Below are positions 38,556 to 48,688 of a DNA stretch of 64,000 bases, piece after piece (the first letter of the stretch is position 1; every line of letters starts with the position of its first letter). Location: positions 14,498,701 through 14,562,700 of the forward strand of contig MU063896.1 in NCBI GenBank assembly GCA_013265495.1, written 5' to 3'. This DNA is from Vicugna vicugna. Lineage: Eukaryota. The notes under the pieces were generated by a model, which saw only the letters and a list, made by a program, of their open reading frames with translations, was not told where the DNA came from and searched no databases. The translations under genes were made by a program, and so were the position numbers.

Positions 38556-38970
38556 TAAATTATAGCAGAGAAGTAATATATGTCTGACATCATAGAGGTC
38601 AAGGCCATGGTAAAAACACTGCAAAATCTTTTGAATAGCTGTCAAAAGACTCGGATGGAGCCATTGTGTTTGAGCAAGCAGTGGGCTCTTGCTAAACACT
38701 AACATTATGAAAATCAGATTAGCACTAAAAGCTGCATTTGGCTAATCTTATTTTTTTTTAATATCTTCTTTTTTAAATGGAAAATTTCTCAAAGCGGAAA
38801 GCTCTTCTGCTCTATACTGAGCTGTGGATTTCACTCCCATGGACATTGGCTGTGTAATTATATTTTATATTTGGTAGTGGATAAATAATTAAAACGAGAA
38901 TTACTTTCCTGAAAAGATTCATTTAGAGCACACGTTTTCTATTACCATAGCTGCAGGACGGGGGAGGGGA

Positions 38971-39118
38971 NNNNNNNNNNNNNNNNNNNNNNNNNNNNNN
39001 NNNNNNNNNNNNNNNNNNNNNNNNNNNNNNNNNNNNNNNNNNNNNNNNNNNNNNNNNNNNNNNNNNNNNNNNNNNNNNNNNNNNNNNNNNNNNNNNNNNN
39101 NNNNNNNNNNNNNNNNNN
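38971..39118. other. assembly gap in GC/CpG-rich context
   Basis: flanked by ggacgggggagggga and gtgcgctcgcacgt. Confidence 0.99.
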
Positions 39119-39148
39119 GTGCGCTCGCACGTACACACACACACTCAC

Positions 39149-39266
39149 CAAGAGACACACATATACCAAAGCAACCACTGAACCCTCTCAAGAAGAAAAA
39201 TTGAAGGCTGGAATTTTCTGTATATAATGAAGTTTTTTTTAAACGTGGCCAATAATGGAAGCATCT
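39149..39266 (-). other. candidate minus-strand exon (118 nt) followed by a UG-rich intron start
   Basis: ggctttcctcag|AG ATG...; CTTG|GTGAGTGTGTGTGTGT donor; ATG frame open (MLPLLATFKKNFIIYRKFQPSIFLLERVQWLLWYMCVS). Confidence 0.22.
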
Positions 39267-40869
39267 CTGAGGAAAGCCCAAATGGTTTCATCTCCTGGAG
39301 GGAAGAGCAGTTCATGAATCACTGTTTCCATACAAAAGTGTTTCATTCTTTTAACGGGAGCTATCAATTGTACTGGCCGATTTTTTTTTTAAGTATCAAA
39401 ATTTGATTCTGGCTTATACTCATTTATTACAAATAAGAAAAAAAGTCTTCTGTAGAATGAACCAGAAAGGTATTCTGTGGATCAAAGGGCAGACTTGCAT
39501 CCTTTTTATGGTTCTAATGTGTCTCAATGGTTTGATCTGTCATGGGCAGCCCCAGTGGCCAAGGAAGCTTCTTCAGCAGCTGACAGCTCTCACTTGGCTC
39601 AGAAGTGTTTTCATTTGTTAATTAGAAGCATTTATTTTAGTGTCCATGTGTTCCTGTTGTGTGTGTGAGAACGCAGTTTCTGAGCCCTGAGACTCAGCAT
39701 GGTGGAATAATGTAGTGTTAGGTACTATCTCCTGGCAGAGTCATTTGCTATTTGTGTCAATGGTTTCAGCCCCCATTGTGCCCAGTGCTAACCAGCGCTT
39801 TATGAGACTGTCTTCCTGTGGGAGTTGGAGCAATGGCTCTAAGAATCTAAAGGGGACAAACAGGCTGGGCGGAAAGGAAGTGGCCTCCAGTGAAGATGCC
39901 TGGCCTCTCCCTTAGTCAGGCCTTTCTGCTTTGCCTGCCTCCATGACCCGTGGAGTGGTGAGTTTGGCCTCGGGCCAGAGGGAAGAGCCAGCGTGGAGGC
40001 CAAGGTGGCAGAATCCCACATCTCTCACAGTTTCTCTGCCTCACTTAATCGCTTACCATGAGCAAGCTGAAAAAAACCAACCCCCCCAATCGACCTTGGA
40101 CTGTACAACTCATGGCTCAAGCTCATATAGCTCTTTGAAGAAAGAAAATGACTCCTGGATACTAAGGTTATTGGAATTAGTAACTGTACATTTTTCCCCA
40201 AGACTTCTTTAATTTGGTCATTGATACCCATAAATATACCCTAGAGAACATGAACAAAATACAATTCCTGCCTTCAAAAACCTTAGAATTGAAAATCATA
40301 ACAAAAATACATAGCCCTCTCACAGTCTGTCAGTCTTAATTCATCTGTATGTCGCACTGCTCCAGGGAGGATGGGAGCGTGGGGAACAGGTGTACGTCCC
40401 TCACAACGGGCTTAGTAACAGCGGGTCCTGGGGCACATTGATACGCCGGCAGCACTGTCGGCCTTGACTTTCACTGACTTACACGTCAGTGCAAGATTGC
40501 TGGTGCGTCTTGTGTATATTGCCATCAACAAGTGATTGTGATATTTTTTTCTTCATGATCAAGTATAAAAATGATTTACTTTCTCAAATTTTTCTTACAA
40601 AATAAAATAATACCCTACAAACCAGGTTTCGATCATTTCCTATAGCAATTAGCTTTGTTTTCTTCTTGAATCCAAGAGTGAATTTTGTCTCCTGAATGAA
40701 TGAACAAGTAGATTGTAGCTGGTACGGGGATCGGCCCACCTGGAACTAACAGACTTCCCATTCACTCTGAGAGTGAATAGAAGCTTGGGCAAGTATCCTC
40801 ACAGTTTGGCCTTAAAGACGTGGAATCTTGGCCTCTGGGCTCTGTGGCTGCTTCTTTGGCTAACCTTTA

Positions 40870-41060
40870 ACAATAGCTAACAATTGTTGAGTATGTTCCA
40901 CATCCAAGCTTCACTGGCGCTTCATTTGCAGGATCTCATCCGGTACGTGCAATGGTCCTTTGAATTAGGTATTGTTATTCTCTCCTTTTACAAAAGAGAA
41001 AACTGGGACTTAGCCAGGCTAGGCAGCCTTTCAAGGCTACACACACAGTAGATTGGACAC
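40870..41060 (-). mobile_element. MIR SINE
   Basis: aatagctaacaattgttgag...ttattctctccttttacaaaagagaaaactggg. Confidence 0.55.
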
Positions 41061-43872
41061 TTGCCTATGGACTAGTTTCCTTTGGGTCAGATGCTCACCC
41101 TGGCTCCAAAAGTCCCTTCACGGATCCCACCCTGACTGCTTCCAGACAGCACAATGCTAACCTCTTCCGCATCCTCCCTCATCGAGGGTTCACGTCACTA
41201 AGTTCCCCGTGGGGATGATTCTCTCAGTCCTCCAGTGACAGCTGCACTTCCCTTAGAATTCAGAAAGCAGTGATTTCCTGGACTGGCCTTTACCATCCCA
41301 GCAAGCCGGTTAGCTACTGTCCTTGGTAGGCGAGCTGGGAACATGACCGATGAGGGCCGTCTGCTCCAGGAATAAACAAACTCTTCATTATTCCATTAGC
41401 TATTTTCCATTTCCTGCTAAGCCTCACAATTTATTAGCACTATTTAGGTTAATGTATGACTGTATTATTTTACATGTTTACTTTATTTTCTTCACAGGAT
41501 GACATACTTAGGTGTTCAGATCCTCTGCATGGTTTTTTGAAGGCAGAATCGGATAACTCTCCCAGCATTGGTAAGACCACTGGTGACTAATTCCTCTTTG
41601 TGGAGCCCCTTCTCTCAGGGGCTGAGAAGAGCTGATCTCGTGGCCACTGTGAATCAAGTAGGTTTGAAATGCAATGTTGCACCAGGGGACACCTTTCCCC
41701 TCGCTTCTCAGTCATCCTGCTTGGAAGGTAAAGCTTGCAGGGTGCAGCGCACGACAAGACCCCTGGCGCCCCTATCTCCATCCCTCCCCCGTGGAAGGGT
41801 TTTCCGAAAATCAGAAAAGCCATGTGAGTGGTTTCTGTTCAGCTGTCCTGACTATGAGGAAGAGACTCTCACTTTTTCACAGAAAAGGCATTTCCTGCAG
41901 GCTCCCACATGGGGGGGCAGCAGGGTCCGGGGGTGGGGGGGCACGGGAGGGCCTCTTCTGGCCGTTCCTCTCTCACTCTGTTTCTCACACACAAGTGACA
42001 CGGTCTTGACCGCAGGGTTATCTGTTCACTGTGACGTTGCTGTCCACCTGGCACCTGCCTGCTCTGTCCGCACTGACTGGCTTCTTCCTTCGCCATCCTC
42101 CAGGGTTTAGAGAATGGTGGCTCAGAAGCTAAATGTGGCCTGAAGATGTGCTTTATTTGGCCAGGTCGATGTTTAGACCAAGCTTCAGATTTGAATGTTT
42201 TTGGCAAAGCATGCATTTTTGTTATAGAGTGGCAAATTTACACATTGACTTTATTCAGAGGAAGGCATTTGAGTTTGTGCCCACTGCACTATGTTTATAT
42301 GTATTTCATATTTTCTGTACCTCCTTCTGTTTAGCCACAATTTTTACTGTCTCTTAACTTTAACGTTGTTTTTCTATGACTCTGAATGCCCTCGACCCCA
42401 TACAAACAATATGCTCTGTAACCTTTTTATAAACTTTTATTGCTAACCTCGTTTGTTCTGTTTATCTCCATTTACATTCTTGAGAAAGAATCTTCCTACA
42501 CCATTACTACTTTAATAGGTCAGTCCAAGTTATCTCTCCTGACATCTTTATTATAAGTGGGAAAGTACTTTGTAACTTGTACAACGGTATACAAATGTCC
42601 AGTGTTCATTATTATTATTGTTGTTATATGGCAGCGTATATTAGGGTCATACAGATAGATCCAACTATCAAAAAAATTATCTTCTGGCACATGTGATGAT
42701 TTATTGCTTTGGAGTTTATCCAAAGACCTTAGCTAAGAAACACAGCAGTTAAGCTATGGACCAGTTTTCTCGTTCATGTGAACATACCCGTGGATCCTCT
42801 CTAAGCATCTATAGGGGAATAATCTCAGATGCAGACAAATGGCTCAGATTCTTGGGTGAGTGATGTAGTCTATAGGCACAGTCAAGGCATCCTGGAGAGA
42901 CCTGGACAGGAACAGTTCATTCAGGATTACCCTGAAAACAGGTTTTCATTTTTGGATACCCCAAAGCCATCAGTATTGAAAAATGTGGTGTGATCTTTAC
43001 TTATGCTTATAAACTTGGCCCTTTCCTCATCTTTGATACACCCACCCTCTTTAATACCATGGTAATTTGCCTGTTTTATTCTGCTCCAACCTCTCCTGCT
43101 CACACAGTCTCCAATTAAAACTAAAACACAAAAGACAAAATAAGGGGAAGTAGAAGCTCCTTCATTTCCTGCAAGTTTTGGGCATGCAGACTAGATATAA
43201 TTCTCAATGTCTCCTTTTATAGAGATGAGACAACCATTATCAGAGAAGCCAAAGTACTAGATTGGAAGATTTTGTAAATATTTAGACTTAACTAATAAAG
43301 TAGCATATGTTTACAAAGAACATAGTCTTGGAGATCTCATAACTAGAACTAATTAAGGTTGGTAATTAACTTTAGAAAGAACCCAAAAGCAAAGAAAACA
43401 ATTAGACAAATGATCTCTTAGTCTAGAAGTTACAAGATGTTAAAAATGCTTATGACTCAGCCAAATATCTCTTAAGCTTCCTACTGGAAACCTGACAGGC
43501 TAGATCCTAGCCCGTGTGCTGTTTCTTTTGGTCTACTTCACAGGGATGTCATGAAGATAAAAGACACATCAAGCATTCAGGAAGAGGTGCTATATATGCC
43601 CAAGGTATCATTAGCATTATTCCCATTACCTGCTGTGGAAGGCCTTTTTCTTCAAGGATGCAGTGGCATAGGAGCCATTTATAAAAAACCCAAGGAGTAA
43701 AAATAAACAATAAAACAAGACAAACAAAACAAACAGCAATCCCCTTGACAGCTGGAGTGCCCAGCCAAGCGTCCTTTGGTGGCTGTGGGAGCTCTGCCCT
43801 TGGAAAGGCTGCACAGGGCTGAGCACAGAGCTGAAGAGCAGCACTGCAAGGGAACCACATCAGGCTGACCAC

Positions 43873-43883
43873 TGTGCGTGTGC

Positions 43884-43915
<32 letters not shown>

Positions 43916-43922
43916 GTGTATA
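43873..43922. repeat. (TGTGCG)8-like hexamer repeat, alternating purine-pyrimidine
   Basis: direct reading; 6 CpGs retained. Confidence 0.95.
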
Positions 43923-44060
43923 AAACCCTTCTGAGAACCACAAAACAGCTCAGAGAGCCTTAACATGAGAAGTACTGGGTCTCTGTGGATGCCAAGAATT
44001 GTAAGGGGACACTGCCAACTGCTCAGTTGCAGATCTTCAGATAGTAATGCCTTCGTGTGA

Positions 44061-44061
<1 letters not shown>

Positions 44062-44107
<46 letters not shown>

Positions 44108-44152
44108 TCCCCTCTTTCTCCCTTTCCTCCCCTCTCTCCTTCTTTCTTTCTG
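44062..44152. repeat. (CT)n microsatellite and polypyrimidine tract
   Basis: direct reading. Confidence 0.95.
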
Positions 44153-44229
44153 TCATATCACATTCTTGTCTTTGGCTGAATTTGTCATCTATTAAGATCT
44201 AATTTTTACATGATTTGCTGCCAGGCCAG

Positions 44230-45075
44230 TGTATTCACTTGGTGTGATAGACTGTTTGTTCCTCACCGAGTTCTGTCTTAAAACCTAATCACCAGCTTGA
44301 CGGTATTTGGAAGTAGGGCCTTTGAGAGGTAATTTGGTCATGAGAGTGGTGCCATCATGAATGGGGTTTGTGCCCTTATGAAAAAGAACCCAGAGATCCC
44401 CTCATCCCTTCTACCACCCGAGGACGCAGTGAGAAGTCCACCCTCTGTGAACTAGGAAGTGGGCTCTCACCAGACACCAAACCTGCCAGGACCTTGGTCT
44501 TGGACTTTCTACTCTCCAGAACTACAAGAAATAAATATTTGTTGTTTAATCCACCCAGTCCTTGGTATTTTTTTAATAGCTGCCTGGACTAAGGCAGTAT
44601 CCAAAAGCAGAGTCTGAGACAAGAACATGCGTGCAGGGGGTGTCTTTGGAGGTGATTCCAGGGATCAGGGGTGAGAACCAGGGAGCATGAAATAGGGAGG
44701 AAAAACCGACCAAAGGTGCCTTATGAAATTGCTTCCTGCAGCAGTCATCTGGGACTGGATTTTCCCAAAACCTTCTGAGGCTATAGAATGTTTGTCAGAA
44801 TTGCTCTCAATGAAAAGCACTGACAACGAAACACATTTATCCATCAGCTCTCATCCCTGGTTGAGTAGGGATTACTCCAGCTGCTGTTGCATGTAACTCA
44901 AGCAGTCTTCTCCAGGTGTGGTTCCCAAGAATCTCAGGGCAGAAAAGCAAGCCCTTTAACTGAGGTGCTGTTAACAGAAGGGGCCCACAGAGGCTCTAGG
45001 GACGGCTGCTGCAGTGGCTGGTAACAGAGGTGCGGCCGGCAGGCTATGAGATGATCCCGAGGGAGTCTGACATGC
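44230..45075 (-). mobile_element. old ERVL LTR (LTR33/LTR16-like), interrupted by MLT1A-like LTR
   Basis: tgtattcacttgg|gtatccaaaagcagagtctgagac...atttatccatcagctctcatcc. Confidence 0.45.
44243..44596 (+). mobile_element. MaLR solo LTR (MLT1A-like), complete
   Basis: TG...aaacctaatcacc...ctctcaccagacaccaaacctgcc...ccagaactacaagaaataaatatttgttg...ggactaaggCA. Confidence 0.85.
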
Positions 45076-45261
45076 CAGGTCTTCCTCAGTCTGCTTTTGT
45101 GTAATTGACTTATGTTAATTTAATAGACAAATTGACATTTATTCTTCTTAAATTTCATAGTATTGATTTTTGCCCAGCAATTTTGCCTAGAGAATATTTT
45201 AAGTATCTTGCTTCCTTCACTGACAATTGTGCTAATCCTTGTCAGTTTTGGCTGGCCAGTT

Positions 45262-45500
45262 AGGTGGTTCAGAGCTTTGGATGTGGAGTCAACTGACCTG
45301 GACTCAAATCCCAGCTCCATTGCCAAATAGCAATGTGAACTTGGAGAAGTTACTTAACTTTTCCCATCTATAAATTGGAGATAATTACAGTACCTACATC
45401 ACAGAATTATTGTTCTAAAGATTAAATGAAACAGTCAGTGTAAAACAATTAGCCCAGTGTGTGGATCATAAAAGTAAGCATTTAATAAATATAAACCATT
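45262..45500 (+). mobile_element. MIR SINE (near full length)
   Basis: ggtggttcagagctttgg...caaatcccagctcc...aagttacttaac...catctataaattggagataat...attaaatgaa. Confidence 0.8.
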
Positions 45501-47341
45501 TTTTTAAGTCTGATGAGTGCAATTTCACACCTTTGCCTAAGTCATTGGTAAAGTTATTGAATAAAAAATATTCAAATGAAGAACTCAACAGCGATTTTTC
45601 TGAACCTTCCCTTTAGGTTAATATCAGTCCACGGGATCACAAACTCTCAGCTTTTAGAGTCCAACCATCCGTCTTATGCTTGGGTTCATCGCAAGAGATG
45701 ACTTCAGTTGCTTTGATGAATGAAAGGAAGGCTACATCTACATGCCATGGACCCAGTGCTGGTCCATCAGCTATTACTGGCCCACAATGAGATATGTACA
45801 GAAAGAGAGTAAGTGGGTACAGATTTCTTTTAGCAATTTGACATTGCCTTGACAACCAAATGCATGGTCAATGGACTCATTTCATTGAACAGTAAATAGT
45901 TCAGATCGAGGAGGGTTGAACTTGTCAGGTGACTCTTAGAAAGTGAGCAGTAGGACTGTGTTTAATGTGTGATATTTTAAGATTAATTTGTCAACTGTAA
46001 CTCAAAAATTTTAAAGACAGAATCCCTGTCTTTCATCAAAAATTAATTTAAATTTAACTATAACTTTACAGAATATGTAGTTGGAACTGGTTACTGATAA
46101 GGAATTGGAAAATTTTGCACATGGAGTATCACTTGCTTCATTTCGGAAAAAGTTAAAAATGAATATCCTGCTTTGTCTTTGTTCCCATAAATACATCTCT
46201 GTAAGACCGATTTCTCCATTTTAAGTATTATTAAAACATAGAAACAGTTTTGATATACATTTTCCTCTATGAATAGTATTGTCATCAATCTATCCTAGAT
46301 TAGATAACTTAACAAGCAAGAAGCAAACTCATCCATCACATTAAAATTAAATATTGATATACAAATTGTCCATTAAAGGGTATATATAGATGTTTAATAT
46401 AGGAATTTATTCCACTTATAATTTCATGTTATGATGGCAGAATTACAAAAATCATGAACATAAAAGCAATTTTCTCTATTATTCACCTCTATAAAGGTTT
46501 TCAGTGAACAATGTGTATAATTTTTAAAAATTCAATTTCTTTTTCCTATGTTATACTTGTTTTGATACCTTTTATTGCAAGATAATTTAATGCCTATTCA
46601 ATAATTTATATTAAAAAGGGACAGCAAGGGGCAGCCTTAAGCATGATTGGAAGCCAGGGGCCTGGAGGGGTTTTCTGAGTGGGAGTGCCGAGGTGGGAGT
46701 GGTGGGGCCAGTGGGAGTCTGGGGAGGACATGGATGGGAGGGGAAACGGGAGTGTGCCCGCAGCTTCAGAAAGGGGAGGAGGGAGAGTTGTAATTTTAAA
46801 TTAAAAACGAACAAACAAAATTCTTAAACCAAAAAAACCAACAAAAGGGGGGCTTGTATTTGATATGTCTTTGTTTCTTTGTTTTTTTTGTTTATTTTTA
46901 GTAGTAATTTGTTTTCATTGGCTTTACAAAAGTTGCCAGTCTCTTGGAAATTTTATAAAATTTGATCTTTTACAATAGATAGTTTGAGAAGTGCTGCTCT
47001 GTGCTCTTCACTTGATTTACCAACCCATCAAAAGGCAAAGGAGATGAATATCTCCTATGAAGCTGACTAATATAACCCTTCTAAGATTTTATCATCTATA
47101 AAACAACCGCAATTATATATACCACAAAAGACATTGTAAGGCTGAATTATTGCATATGAACTGGCTTTGAAGATAGGCTAAAAAATAACCACCAGTTTCT
47201 ACAATTTACAACAATTTTCCTCAGTCTCATCCACATTATAGAATGTTAGCAGAAGGTACCACCCAAAACGTCAGCTTTCGAATGATACTGCCTCAGACTA
47301 AAATCAGCATCCACACTCAGAGAAGCCATGAGGAGCCAAAA

Positions 47342-47363
47342 GGGCGGGGGGAGGGGGCAGGGG
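47342..47363 (+). other. G-quadruplex motif
   Basis: GGG C GGGGGG A GGGGG CA GGGG, loops of 1-2 nt. Confidence 0.6.
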
Positions 47364-47619
47364 CACATGAAGAGCATCATTCTGGATGAGTTTCATTTTT
47401 TGATATAATTTTTCTCGCTGACGCCATAACATGGACAATGTGGCCTGGCAGCTCTAAAGCTGGAATAGAGCTATCATTCATTTGCCAATATTTGAAATCC
47501 TGAAGTGTATCCTGGAACTACTAAGACTGAAGAAGTTAAAAGCATACCAGGAAGTCAAAAATCATAGCAAAACCACATGTATGATTTCTTTAGAAAAATA
47601 AAAGGATAGATAACATTCA

Positions 47620-47742
47620 TTTTTAAAAAAATCTTTGTTGAGGTATAATCCATGTATCATAAAATTCACCCATTTAAAATGTACAATTTAACAATTTTTG
47701 ATGTATTCACAAGATTGTACAACCATCACCACAATCTAAGTT
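47620..47742 (-). mobile_element. old L1 (L1MB/MC-type) 3' end
   Basis: tttgttgaggtataat...aaaattcacccatttaaaatgtacaatt...tgtacaaccatcaccacaatcta. Confidence 0.75.
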
Positions 47743-47782
47743 TACACTGTTTTACATTCGCTTTTATATAAATACTAATTTG

Positions 47783-47900
47783 CATGTGTACACACACATA
47801 TATACACATATGTATACATATGTATGTGCGTGACTATTTGTACATATATACTACATACATACATATGTATGTATGTATATATGTGTGTCTATATGTATAC
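47783..47900. repeat. compound TA/CA/TG simple repeat with perfect palindromes
   Basis: ACATATGTATACATATGT (18 bp) and TACATACATACATATGTATGTATGTA (26 bp, 47852-47877). Confidence 0.9.
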
Positions 47901-48271
47901 TCTAAGTTATTGAAAAATAAATCTGTGGTCACCTTAGAGGATTAAGAGTGCCTAACTAAAGGAGTTTAGCTTCCTGCCACTTCTCTGTTTATTGCTCCAG
48001 AGAGGAGCTGACTGAGTCGCTCAGTGCTGGACACCCCAGTCTCCCCTTGGAGGCCAGCTTAAGTAAGTGCACCGCTCTGGCCATGCCCTGACCCCCATCC
48101 TGACCAGAAGTGGCACTGGGCTCTCTCGGGCAGGTGTGGGCCTGTAGCTGTGCCTGGCAGCCCAAGTCAGCTAGTGGTTTTTAGCGGTTTCAGGGGTTCA
48201 GTTAGCTAGTGGTTTTTCAATGTCGACTCTAGTCTGGTTGAAATTACCAATGTATTTTTTTCCTTAAAAAA

Positions 48272-48688
48272 TTTTTTTTTATTGAAGTATAGTTGATTAA
48301 CAATGTTTCAAGTATACAGCAAAGTGGGGGGAGGGTATAGCTCAGAGGTAGAGCACATGCTCTGTGTGCACAAGGTCCTGCGTTCAATCCCCAGGACCTC
48401 CTCTAAAAATAAATAAATAAATAGACCTAATTACCTCCTCCCCAAAATAAATATAATAAAATTAAAAAAAAAACATGAAAAAGCTTTTTAAAAAAGTACA
48501 CAGCAAAGGAATTCAGTATACATATATATAAATGTATTCTTTTCAGATTCTTTTCCATTATAGGTTATTACAAGCTATTGAATCTAGATCCCTGTGTTAT
48601 ACAGTAGATCCTTGTTCCTTATCTATTTTATATATAGTAGTGTGCATCCTGAATTTCAAATTTATCACTCCTCCTCCCTTTCCCCTTG
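48272..48688 (-). mobile_element. young L1 3' fragment interrupted by a SINE
   Basis: poly-T attgaagtatagttgatt...ttcagattcttttccattataggttattacaag. Confidence 0.9.
48326..48493 (+). mobile_element. tRNA-derived SINE (Vic-1-like) nested in L1
   Basis: GGGGGGAGGGTATAGCTCAGAGGTAGAGC...GTTCAATCCCCAGGACCTCC...(AAAT)n; 15-bp TSD aagtatacagcaaag (48310-48324) / aagtacacagcaaag (48494-48508). Confidence 0.92.

Noticed and set aside
41568-42110. 180-aa ORF
   Set aside because: No recognisable domain, non-ATG start, GC-rich low-complexity context; length is compatible with chance
43549-43966. ORFs with TRTRTR/HTHTH repeats
   Set aside because: Translation of the hexamer microsatellite
48169-48217. 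14-bp direct repeat AGCTAGTGGTTTTT twice (similar micro-duplications at 62027-62047 and 22665-22720)
   Set aside because: Only two copies each; ordinary slippage duplications, not CRISPR-like or functional arrays
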